Source: Acidobacteriota bacterium
GTDB taxonomy: Bacteria > Acidobacteriota > Thermoanaerobaculia > UBA5066 > Gp7-AA6
NCBI GenBank assembly: GCA_027307335.1
Contig: DAHUXD010000019.1
Coordinates: 6,712 to 70,711 of the forward strand
DNA: 64,000 bases
Direction: 5' to 3'
The stretch's first letter is position 1, and the number at the start of each line of letters is the position of its first letter. The position numbers and the translations under genes were made by a program. The notes beneath the pieces are model-generated. The model made no database searches. It was not told the DNA's origin and saw only the letters and a list, made by a program, of their open reading frames with translations. Shown in pieces: positions 1 through 7,393 of this stretch.

Positions 1-453
1 CGCCGACACCGTCCGGCGGGGATCGACGACGACCAGCCGCGCCCCGTTGCGGATTCCCCGGAGAACGTGGTGAAAGTAGATGGGGTGCGCCTCTCGCGCG
101 TTCGATCCCCACAGGAGGATGATGTTCGCCTCCTCCGTCTCCCGGTAGGAGCTCGTCCCTCCGCCCGCCCCGAACACCGTCGTCAGACCGACGACGCTGG
201 GGGCGTGTCAGGTTCGATTGCAGCTGTCGATGTGGTTCGTGCCGAGGACCGAGCGCGCGAACTTCTGGGCGAGGTAGTTGACCTCGTTGGTCGCCTTCGA
301 GCAGGAGAAGAGGCCGATCGCGCCCGGCCCCTTCTCCGCCTTCACGCGCCGGAATCCTTCCGCCGCGCGGTCGAGCGCCTCGTCCCAGGACGCGGGGCGC
401 AACCGCCCTCCCTCGCGCACCATGGGTTCCGTCAGCCGGACGTAGGGCTTCAT
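1..453 (-). CDS. Formate dehydrogenase-family (MopB) molybdopterin oxidoreductase alpha subunit, N-terminal ~150 aa only (runs off window start). The in-frame TGA at 208-210 is interpreted as selenocysteine.
   Basis: Translation is MKPYVRLTEPMVREGGRLRPASWDEALD...GAIGLFSCSKATNEVNYLAQKFARSVLGTNHIDSCNRT-(TGA)-HAPSVVGLTTVFGAGGGTSSY. This matches the FdhF motif GTNNVDCCARV-U-HGPSVAGL, so the reading frame continues cleanly past the TGA. A GAGGAG RBS lies 6 nt upstream of the ATG at 453. No N-terminal Cys cluster is present, so this is the YdeP/FdhA-like subgroup. Confidence 0.8.
175..207 (-). promoter_or_regulatory. Candidate bacterial SECIS stem-loop immediately 3' of the UGA codon
   Basis: The mRNA after the UGA reads CAC GCC CCC AGC GUC GUC GGU CUG ACG ACG GUG. 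CGUCGUC pairs perfectly with GACGACG around a GGUCU loop, starting about 11 nt after the UGA. This resembles the E. coli fdhF SECIS apical loop AGGUCU. Confidence 0.55.
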
Positions 454-544
454 GGATCGCTCCTCACGGGAAAAGCCTAGCAGAGAGCCATCGGTTGATT
501 CGATCGCATCTCGCGCCCGGGACGGTTCGGGGGAAGCATGAGGC

Positions 545-1258
545 ATGCGCACCGATAGCGAAATTCACGTGCCCGTGATCGTTCCCGCGGCCGGCGCGAC
601 GCTTCACGGCGACCTGGCGGTTCCCGAGGCGGCGCTCGGAATCGTCCTGTTCGCGCACGGCAGCGGCAGCAGCCGCCGGAGCCCGCGGAATCGCTACGTG
701 GCCGAACACCTGCGCGCCTCGGGGCTCGCGACCCTGCTGCTCGATCTCCTGACCGAGGAGGAGGAGGCCGCCGATTTCGAGAGCGGGCACCTGCGCTTCG
801 ACGTTCCGTTCCTCGCGGGGCGGCTCCTGGCGGCGATGCGGTGGACGCTCGGCCGAAGCGAGACCGCGCGGCTGCCGCTCGGACTGTTCGGCGCCTCGAC
901 CGGCGCCGCGGCGGCGCTCGTGGCGGCGGCGCAGGCTCCCGAGGTCGTTCGCGCCGTCGTATCGCGAGGAGGCCGGCCCGATCTCGCCGGAGACGCGCTC
1001 GAGCGCGTCCACGCGCCCACGCTCCTGATCGTCGGCGACCGCGACGCCGACGTGCTCGCGCTGAATCGCGCGGCGAAGAAGCGGCTCGGCGGAGAGGTGC
1101 GGCTCTCCGTCGTCTCCGGCGCGTCCCACCTCTTCGAGGAACCGGGGACGCTCGCCGAGGTCGCGCGCCTGGCGGCGGCCTGGTTCCGGGGTCATTGCGG
1201 CGCGCTGTGGGCGCCGTCGGGCGCCGACCTGCTCGACGCCTCGGTCCGGGGAGAGTGA
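545..1258 (+). CDS. Dienelactone hydrolase family alpha/beta hydrolase
   Basis: Carries the DLH-family motifs HGSGSS and LFGASTGAAAAL (nucleophile elbow) and a C-terminal SHLF. It abuts the phosphoribosyltransferase gene as in known DLH-PRTase pairs. Confidence 0.75.
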   Translation: MRTDSEIHVPVIVPAAGATLHGDLAVPEAALGIVLFAHGSGSSRRSPRNRYVAEHLRASGLATLLLDLLTEEEEAADFESGHLRFDVPFLAGRLLAAMRWTLGRSETARLPLGLFGASTGAAAALVAAAQAPEVVRAVVSRGGRPDLAGDALERVHAPTLLIVGDRDADVLALNRAAKKRLGGEVRLSVVSGASHLFEEPGTLAEVARLAAAWFRGHCGALWAPSGADLLDASVRGE

Positions 1259-1260
1259 GC

Positions 1261-1935
1261 GTGTTCTACGTGGATCGCGCGCACGCGGGGCTCGCGCTCG
1301 CCGACGCGCTGCGTGAGTACGCGGGGCGGCCGGACGTGGTCGTCCTCGCCCTGCCGCGCGGCGGCGTCCCCGTCGCCTCCCGGGTGGCCGAGGCGCTCGA
1401 CGCGCCGCTCGACGTCTTTCTCGTCCGCAAGCTCGGCTTTCCCGGTAACGAGGAGTTCGCGATGGGCGCGATCGCCTCGGGCGGCGTTCGGATCCTGAAC
1501 GAGCCGGTGCTCGACCGCTACGGCGTTCCCGACGCGCTGGTCGAGGCGGTCGCCCGCCGGGAGGGACTCGAGCTCGCGCGGCGCGAGAAGTCCTATCGCG
1601 GCCATCTTCCGCCGCTCGAGGTGCGGGGCAAGACCGTGATCGTCGTCGACGACGGGCTCGCGACCGGGTTCTCGATGCGGGCGGCGGTGACCGCCCTGCG
1701 ATCGCTCGGTCCGCGGCGGGTGGTCGTGGCCGTGCCCGTCGGCCCCCGCGAGACCGTCGAGACCCTGCGCCGCCTCGCCGACGAGGTGGTCTGCCCGGCG
1801 ACGCCGGAGCCGTTCCTGGCGGTCGGCCACTTCTACGAGAACTTCGAGCAGACGTCGGACCATGACGTGGTCGATCTCCTGTCGCGGGCGCGTCGCCGCG
1901 AGCCCGCGAACGAGACCGCCGGGAGGGAAGCATGA
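1261..1935 (+). CDS. Phosphoribosyltransferase-domain protein (type I PRTase fold)
   Basis: Has the PRTase motifs VLALPRGGVPVA and VIVVDDGLATG. A GTG start lies 3 nt after the upstream stop. The longer ATG-started ORF 841-1935 overlaps the DLH gene and was rejected. Confidence 0.7.
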   Translation: MFYVDRAHAGLALADALREYAGRPDVVVLALPRGGVPVASRVAEALDAPLDVFLVRKLGFPGNEEFAMGAIASGGVRILNEPVLDRYGVPDALVEAVARREGLELARREKSYRGHLPPLEVRGKTVIVVDDGLATGFSMRAAVTALRSLGPRRVVVAVPVGPRETVETLRRLADEVVCPATPEPFLAVGHFYENFEQTSDHDVVDLLSRARRREPANETAGREA

Positions 1936-2321
1936 AGACGACGGAAATACCGGCGAGCGATTGGACGGCATTCTTCGACTCGTTCAGCCGCATCCATCAG
2001 GGCTGGCTCGTCCGGCTTTCGGTGCTGGATTTCAGACTCGGAGCTCAGGTCGAAGCGGTGGAGCTGCCCCTCCAGGGGATCGTCGCCGATTCTCGCGGAC
2101 GCGGCATCGCGATCCAGCTCGGCATTCGCCCCGACGACCTCGAGCACTCGGTCCGCCAGCCGCGACGCGTCTGGGTGGAATCCGCCGGCGACCGCGACGA
2201 GGCCGAGGAATCCCTCGAGATCGAGTCCGCGGACGGAACGAGGGTGATCCTCGAATTCCGATGCGCCGCCCTGCCCGAGACCGTCGATGGCCTTGCCGCG
2301 ACGGGGACGGGCGCTCAGTAA
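1932..2321 (+). CDS. Hypothetical protein (DUF5335-like)
   Basis: Its ATG overlaps the PRTase stop (ATGA coupling) and the codon usage is coherent. Sequence begins MKTTEIPASDWTAFFDSFSRIHQGWLV. Confidence 0.5.
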   Translation: MKTTEIPASDWTAFFDSFSRIHQGWLVRLSVLDFRLGAQVEAVELPLQGIVADSRGRGIAIQLGIRPDDLEHSVRQPRRVWVESAGDRDEAEESLEIESADGTRVILEFRCAALPETVDGLAATGTGAQ

Positions 2322-2833
2322 CGGAGGGCCGGTCCGAACGGGCCTCCCGGCTTCGCTGGCGGGGCGAGACGCTGCCGCTCGCAGATCGCCTGGTACGTTC
2401 CGACGAGGTCGGCCCACGATGGCCCGTCCTCGCCGCCCGGCGTCGCCTTGAGCGCGAGGTCATCGAGCGTCACGATCCCCCGAAGGTTCCCGTCGACGGC
2501 GAGCACTGGGAGCCGGCGCACGCGCCAGCGCCGCATCAGCTGCAGCGCGCGGGAATGCGTGTCCTCCTCCTTGAGGTAATGGACGTCTCGAGTCATCGCG
2601 CGATCGACCCGGACCTCGGAGGGCTTCTCGTTTGCGCGGGCGAGCGCGAGGCAGATGTCGCGGTCGGTGAGCATTCCGACGATCCGGCTCCCTTCGACGA
2701 CCGGAAGGACGCCGCAGCGCGTCTCGCCCATCGCGAGGGCGGCATCGGCGAGCGTGGTCCCGGGCGTGCAGGTCCGGGGCGTGCGCGTCATCAGGTCCCT
2801 GGCTTTCACGGACACACCTCGAGCGTCGATCAT
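2315..2833 (-). CDS. CBS-domain pair protein
   Basis: Two CBS motifs are present (VKARDLMTRTP...LPVVEGSRIVGMLTDRDI and RLPVLAVDGNLRGIVTLDDL). Confidence 0.7.
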   Translation of the reverse strand: MIDARGVSVKARDLMTRTPRTCTPGTTLADAALAMGETRCGVLPVVEGSRIVGMLTDRDICLALARANEKPSEVRVDRAMTRDVHYLKEEDTHSRALQLMRRWRVRRLPVLAVDGNLRGIVTLDDLALKATPGGEDGPSWADLVGTYQAICERQRLAPPAKPGGPFGPALRY

Positions 2834-2918
2834 CCCGCTCCGAGATCTCCCGGGGTTGATCCGCTTGAATCATTCGTCGCACGGCGCGGAGGGATGGAAT
2901 CGGACGGGAGGTGTTCGA

Positions 2919-3347
2919 ATGAGACTTCAGGACATCATGAAGGAGTCGGTCGAGACGGTCGCTCCCGGCGACGCGGCCGACGTCGCGTTCGAGCGGATGC
3001 GCCAGAAGCGGATCCGGCACCTCGTCGTCATGGAAGGCCGCGTGGTGACGGGAATCCTCTCGCAGCGCGACATCGCGACAGCGGAGGAGCGGCGGGGACG
3101 CGCTGTCGCGGACCTGATGAGCACGCCGGCCGTGACGGCCGAGCCGCGGACCACGGTTCGACAGGCGGCGAACCTTCTGCGCGGACGCACCCTGGGGTGC
3201 CTGCCGGTCGTCGCGGAGGGAAAGCTCCTCGGAATCGTGACGACCACGGACCTTCTCGAGCTCCTCGGCCATGGAGCCGACCATCCGGTGCGGCGTTCCG
3301 GACGCCGTCTCGAGCGCGGGAGTCTCCGCCGCTTGCGAGCGCAGTGA
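2919..3347 (+). CDS. CBS-domain pair protein
   Basis: Starts MRLQDIMKESVETV and contains HLVVMEGRVVTGILSQRDI and LPVVAEGKLLGIVTTTDLL. The upstream extension to 2655 overlaps the convergent CBS gene and was rejected. Confidence 0.7.
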   Translation: MRLQDIMKESVETVAPGDAADVAFERMRQKRIRHLVVMEGRVVTGILSQRDIATAEERRGRAVADLMSTPAVTAEPRTTVRQAANLLRGRTLGCLPVVAEGKLLGIVTTTDLLELLGHGADHPVRRSGRRLERGSLRRLRAQ

Positions 3348-3468
3348 GGAGACACGGAAACGGTCGGCGCCTTTTGATGAATCCGCATCATACGGGTCGG
3401 CGCCTGAGGGGATAGGTTTTCCTCACCGGTTGAACGGCGGCCCGACCCGATCGGAATCGCCGCAACGG

Positions 3469-3501
3469 CAGGAGGCGGAAACCCGCCTCCTATTATTTTG
3501 G
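3469..3501 (+). terminator. Intrinsic terminator hairpin
   Basis: GGAGGCGG-AAAC-CCGCCTCC followed by TATTATTTTGG, about 120 nt downstream of the CBS gene. Confidence 0.5.
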
Positions 3502-3927
3502 GGCGAAGACGACGCTCACTTCGCCTCTCTTTCGGAAGAGGGTCTCGCCCGGCCTATCCGCGTCCAAAGCGCGGCGTGGGCCAGCGGTCGGCCGCGGCGC
3601 AATCGAGGCAGCGGAAGAAGAGGGTGGGCTGCTCGACCATGTCGCGCGACGCGGCGCCGCAGGCGCGGCACGAAAAGGCGCGAAGGCGCACCGCCTGCGC
3701 CTTCAGGCGGACGACGCGCGGCTCCTCGACCGGGACCACCCGGCCGTGCGGGTCGCACGTGCAGCCGTCGCCCGGAGAGTGCACAGCGTCCGCGTCGTCG
3801 CGGCACCACCTCTGCCGGCACCAGGCTCCCGGGAAGACCGCCTCGCCCATGAGATGAGGATGCGCTGCCCGGGTGGACACATGATGTCCGGCCGAAGGTT
3901 GGTATCGTCCTTGCGGGAGGCTCGGGC

Positions 3928-4149
3928 ATGCGAACGATCGGCATCATTCTCCTGGTGGCCGGGCTCGTCGGGTTCGTGGTGACGTCCAGCCGCCGGAGCG
4001 GCTACGACTCGGTCGAGGGGACTCTCAAGTCCACGTTTTCGTCGAGCGAGCGGTCGAAGAAGGAGGGCCTCGAGACCGGCCGCTGGGTGTCGGCGGGCGT
4101 GGCGGTCGTCGGCCTGGTGCTCGTGTTCGTGCCGGGGAAGAAGGCCTAG
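3928..4149 (+). CDS. Small membrane protein with two predicted TM helices
   Basis: Sequence MRTIGIILLVAGLVGFVVTSS...WVSAGVAVVGLVLVFVPGKKA. Arg content is low compared with surrounding junk ORFs. Confidence 0.4.
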   Translation: MRTIGIILLVAGLVGFVVTSSRRSGYDSVEGTLKSTFSSSERSKKEGLETGRWVSAGVAVVGLVLVFVPGKKA

Positions 4150-5651
4150 ACGGGCTTCGGGAGGCCCGCCGCTTCCGCCTTCAGATACGCGTCGATCGCG
4201 CCCGCCGCCTTGCGGCCGTGGCCCATCGCGAGGATGACCGTCGAGGCGCCCGCGACGATGTCGCCGCCCGCGAAGACGCCCTTGCGCGTCGTCATCATCG
4301 TCGCCTCCTCCACGACGAGCGTGCCGTGGCGCGTCGTCGTCAGTCCCCGCGTCGTCTTCGGGATCAGGGGATTCGGGCCGTTCCCGATCGCCTCGATGAC
4401 GATCTGGACCGGCAGCTCCTCGTAGGCGCCCTCGATCGGCATCGGGCGGCGGCGCCCCTTCTCGTCCGGCTCGCCGAGCTCGCACCGCTGGACCCTCAGC
4501 GCGCGCACCCAGCCGTCCGAGCCGGTGAGGATCTCGACCGGCGCCGAGAGCATGCGGAACTCGACGCCCTCCTCCTCGGCGTGATGGACCTCCTCGAGGC
4601 GCGCCGGCATCTCCTCGCGGGAGCGGCGGTAGACGAGGTAGACGCGCTTCGCGCCGAGGCGGAGCGCGGTGCGCGCCGCGTCCATGGCCACGTTGCCGCC
4701 GCCGAGGACGGCGACGTCGTCGCGACGGAGCACCGGCGTGTCCTCCTCGGGGAAACGGTACGCCCCCATCAGGTTCGCGCGCGTCAGGTACTCGTTGGCG
4801 GAGTAGACGCCGTTGGCGTCCTCGCCCGGGATGTTCACGAAGTAGGGGAGGCCCGCCCCCGTCGCGACGTAGACCGCGTCGAAGCCCTCCTCGAAGAGCT
4901 CGTCGAGCGTGAAGGTCTGGCCGACGATCGTGTCGAACTCGAACCGCACGCCCATCCTCTCGAGGTTGTCCACCTCGGCCTGGACGATGTCCTTCGGCAG
5001 GCGGAACTCCGGAATGCCGTAGACGAGGACGCCGCCGGCCTTGTGGAACGCCTCGAACACGACCGCCTCGTGCCCGAAGCGGCGCAGGTCGCCGGCGCAC
5101 GCGAGCCCGGACGGGCCGGCGCCGATGACCGCGACGCGCCGGCCCGTCTCCGCGCCGACCGGCGGCAGCTCCACGCCGCCCTCCTCGCGCTCCCAGTCGG
5201 CGAGGAACGCCTCGATCTTGCCGACCGAGACCGCGAAGCCGAGGTCCTTGTGGACCTTCGCGACCATGCAGTTTTCCTGGCACTGGCTCTCCTGCGGGCA
5301 GACGCGCCCACAGATCGCCGGCAGGAGGTTCGTCTCCTTGATGCGGCGGATCGCGCCGCGGAAGTCGCCGTCGGCGACGAGCTTCAGGAACGCGGGCACG
5401 TCGACGCCGACCGGGCAGCCCGAGACGCACGGCTCGTTCTTGCACGAGAGGCAGCGCACCGCCTCGGCGCGCGCCTGCATCGGCGTGTAGGCGAACGGGA
5501 CCTCGCGGATGTTGCCGACGCGCTCGCCCGGCTCCTGCTCGGCCCAGAAGATCTTGGGGAGCTGGCCGCGCTCCTTGTTCTTGAACTCCCCGCGGCGCTC
5601 GACCCGCGCGGCGAGTTCCTCGGCCGAAGGATTGACGCGGGTATTCGACAT
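4146..5651 (-). CDS. GltD-family NAD(P)H-dependent FAD/FeS oxidoreductase (NfnB/SudA-like; glutamate synthase small-subunit-like)
   Basis: Starts MSNTRVNP (501 aa). It has two N-terminal 4Fe-4S motifs (CLSCKNEPCVSGCP and CGRVCPQESQCQENC), a GAGPSGLACA Rossmann motif and a second dinucleotide fold (VLGGGNVAMD). The long ORF continuing to 6611 is an in-frame artefact. Confidence 0.8.
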   Translation of the reverse strand: MSNTRVNPSAEELAARVERRGEFKNKERGQLPKIFWAEQEPGERVGNIREVPFAYTPMQARAEAVRCLSCKNEPCVSGCPVGVDVPAFLKLVADGDFRGAIRRIKETNLLPAICGRVCPQESQCQENCMVAKVHKDLGFAVSVGKIEAFLADWEREEGGVELPPVGAETGRRVAVIGAGPSGLACAGDLRRFGHEAVVFEAFHKAGGVLVYGIPEFRLPKDIVQAEVDNLERMGVRFEFDTIVGQTFTLDELFEEGFDAVYVATGAGLPYFVNIPGEDANGVYSANEYLTRANLMGAYRFPEEDTPVLRRDDVAVLGGGNVAMDAARTALRLGAKRVYLVYRRSREEMPARLEEVHHAEEEGVEFRMLSAPVEILTGSDGWVRALRVQRCELGEPDEKGRRRPMPIEGAYEELPVQIVIEAIGNGPNPLIPKTTRGLTTTRHGTLVVEEATMMTTRKGVFAGGDIVAGASTVILAMGHGRKAAGAIDAYLKAEAAGLPKPV

Positions 5652-6562
5652 CAGGACGTCCTCTCCGCTGCGGCGGATGGCACCTCGAGGCGGCACGTGT
5701 GGTTCTTCTCGCGGTAGCGCGCGAGGCTCGCCGCCTCCTCGGGCTTGTACATCGCCTGACGGCGCATCATGCCGTCGAAGTCGACCTGGTGCCCGTCGAA
5801 CTCCGGACCGTCGACGCAGACGTAGCGCGCGGCGCCGCCGACCATCACGCGGCAGCCGCCGCACATTCCGGTGCCGTCCACCATGATCGTGTTGAGGCTC
5901 ACGAGCGTCGGCACGCGATAGGGCTCGGTGGTCTTCGAGCAGAACTTCATCATCAGCGGCGGACCGATCGCGATCGCCACGTCCACGTCTCCGCCCGCGG
6001 CGCGCCGCCGCTCGATCAGCCCGCGGAGGACGTCCGTGACGAAGCCCTTCTGGCCGTAGGAACCGTCGTCCGTGCAGACGAGCAGCTCGCTCGAGACCGA
6101 GCCGAGGCGGTCCTCGAAGACGATGAGGTCCTTCCGGCGGGCGCCGAGAACCGTGACGACCTCGTGGCCGGCGTCGCGGAACGCCCGCGCGATCGGGAGC
6201 ATGGGCGCCGCGCCGATGCCGCCGGCGACGCACGCGACGACGCCGCGGAAGTCGTCGGGCTTGCCGGGGACGCCGATGTGCGTCGGGTTGCCGAGGGGGC
6301 CGGCGACGTTGGAGAATTCGTCGCCTTCCTCGAACTCCCCGGTCATCTCGATGGTGGTCTTTCCCACCGCCTGGACGACGAGGGTGATCGTGCCCCGCTC
6401 TTTGTCCACGTCCGCGATCGTCAGCGGGATGCGCTCGGAGGCCGTGTGGGGCCGGACCATGACGAACTGTCCGGCGCGATGCCGTCGAGCGACGCGGGGG
6501 GCCTCGACCTCGAAAAGAGTGACGTTTTCGCCGAGGGTCTCTTTCAGAATGATTGGAAACAC
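5651..6562 (-). CDS. PyrK-family FAD/NAD(P)-binding 2Fe-2S oxidoreductase (NfnA/SudB-like)
   Basis: Has the RIPLTIAD FAD motif, the GGIGAAPMLP NAD motif and a C-terminal GMCGGCRV...C 2Fe-2S motif. Its stop overlaps the start of the downstream GltD-like gene (TGATG). Confidence 0.8.
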   Translation of the reverse strand: MFPIILKETLGENVTLFEVEAPRVARRHRAGQFVMVRPHTASERIPLTIADVDKERGTITLVVQAVGKTTIEMTGEFEEGDEFSNVAGPLGNPTHIGVPGKPDDFRGVVACVAGGIGAAPMLPIARAFRDAGHEVVTVLGARRKDLIVFEDRLGSVSSELLVCTDDGSYGQKGFVTDVLRGLIERRRAAGGDVDVAIAIGPPLMMKFCSKTTEPYRVPTLVSLNTIMVDGTGMCGGCRVMVGGAARYVCVDGPEFDGHQVDFDGMMRRQAMYKPEEAASLARYREKNHTCRLEVPSAAAERTS

Positions 6563-6685
6563 GCGCGAATGGTCGCAGGCGAGCCCCCCTCGCCGGCAGA
6601 TGCGTTTGCATCAGATCCGGCGAAAGTGCGGCAGCCGCCTCCCCTCTCTCACCGGGGGGTGAGGGGAGAACTACTGGCGTGTGTG

Positions 6686-7393
6686 TTACTTCGCCGGAGT
6701 CGGCGCCGCCGGGGGCTTTCCCTCGGTCCCCGAGTAGTAGGCCGCGAGGCCGGCGATCTCCGCGTCCGTCAGGTGTTTGCAGACGTCGCGCATGACCCGG
6801 TAGACGTCGTTGGCGCGTTCGCCCGACCGGAAGGTCGTCAGCTGTGTGGCCATGTCGTCGAATTTCTGCCCGGAGAGCTTCGGCATCCCGTAGGAGCCCG
6901 AATCCCCGGCGCCCCGCGCCCCGTGGCAGGCGTCGCAGGCGGGCATCAGTCGCGCGCCGTCGCCGAGGCGCGCGAGCGGCACGACCGCGCTCGCCTGCGC
7001 CGGAACGGCGGCGGGCGCCCTGGCCGAGGGCAGGGACGCGTAGAAGGCCGCGAGGTCCGCCATGTCCTTCTCGGAGAGCGGTTTGGCCGCCTCGCCCATG
7101 ATCGGGCTTCCCCGCGTGCCCTCCTTGTAGTCGGACAGCTGCTTGAACGTGTAGAGGGCGTCCTGGCCGGCGAGGTTCGGGACGTCCGGCGTGTCGATGA
7201 CGCCGGCGTCTCCGTGGCAGCCGGCGCAGTCCTCGTGGAGCTTCTTGCCGTGCGCGGCGTCGCCCGAACGCACGAGCCTGACCGTCTCGACCGTCCAGGC
7301 GACCTTCGAGGACGGTCCGCTGACGGCGACGGAGGCCGCGAGCGCGCCGGCGGCGGCCGCGAGCGCGGCCCCGCGCTTCAACGGAACCCCCAC
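6686..7393 (-). CDS. Diheme cytochrome c (c4-like) with signal peptide
   Basis: Two CxxCH motifs (CAGCHG and CDACHG) and an N-terminal KRGAALAAAAGALAAS signal. A GTG (7393) or TTG (7381) start overlaps the stop of the oxidase subunit I gene. Confidence 0.7.
   Translation of the reverse strand: MGVPLKRGAALAAAAGALAASVAVSGPSSKVAWTVETVRLVRSGDAAHGKKLHEDCAGCHGDAGVIDTPDVPNLAGQDALYTFKQLSDYKEGTRGSPIMGEAAKPLSEKDMADLAAFYASLPSARAPAAVPAQASAVVPLARLGDGARLMPACDACHGARGAGDSGSYGMPKLSGQKFDDMATQLTTFRSGERANDVYRVMRDVCKHLTDAEIAGLAAYYSGTEGKPPAAPTPAK

Noticed and set aside
210-225. GGTTCGATTGC resembling a tRNA T-loop
   Set aside because: It lies inside the FDH coding sequence and there is no acceptor or anticodon arm context.
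464-1993. 509-aa minus-strand ORF (Arg/Pro/Ala-rich) spanning the DLH and PRTase genes
   Set aside because: It is antisense to two well-supported genes and has extreme Arg content with no domain motifs. This is typical GC-driven noise.
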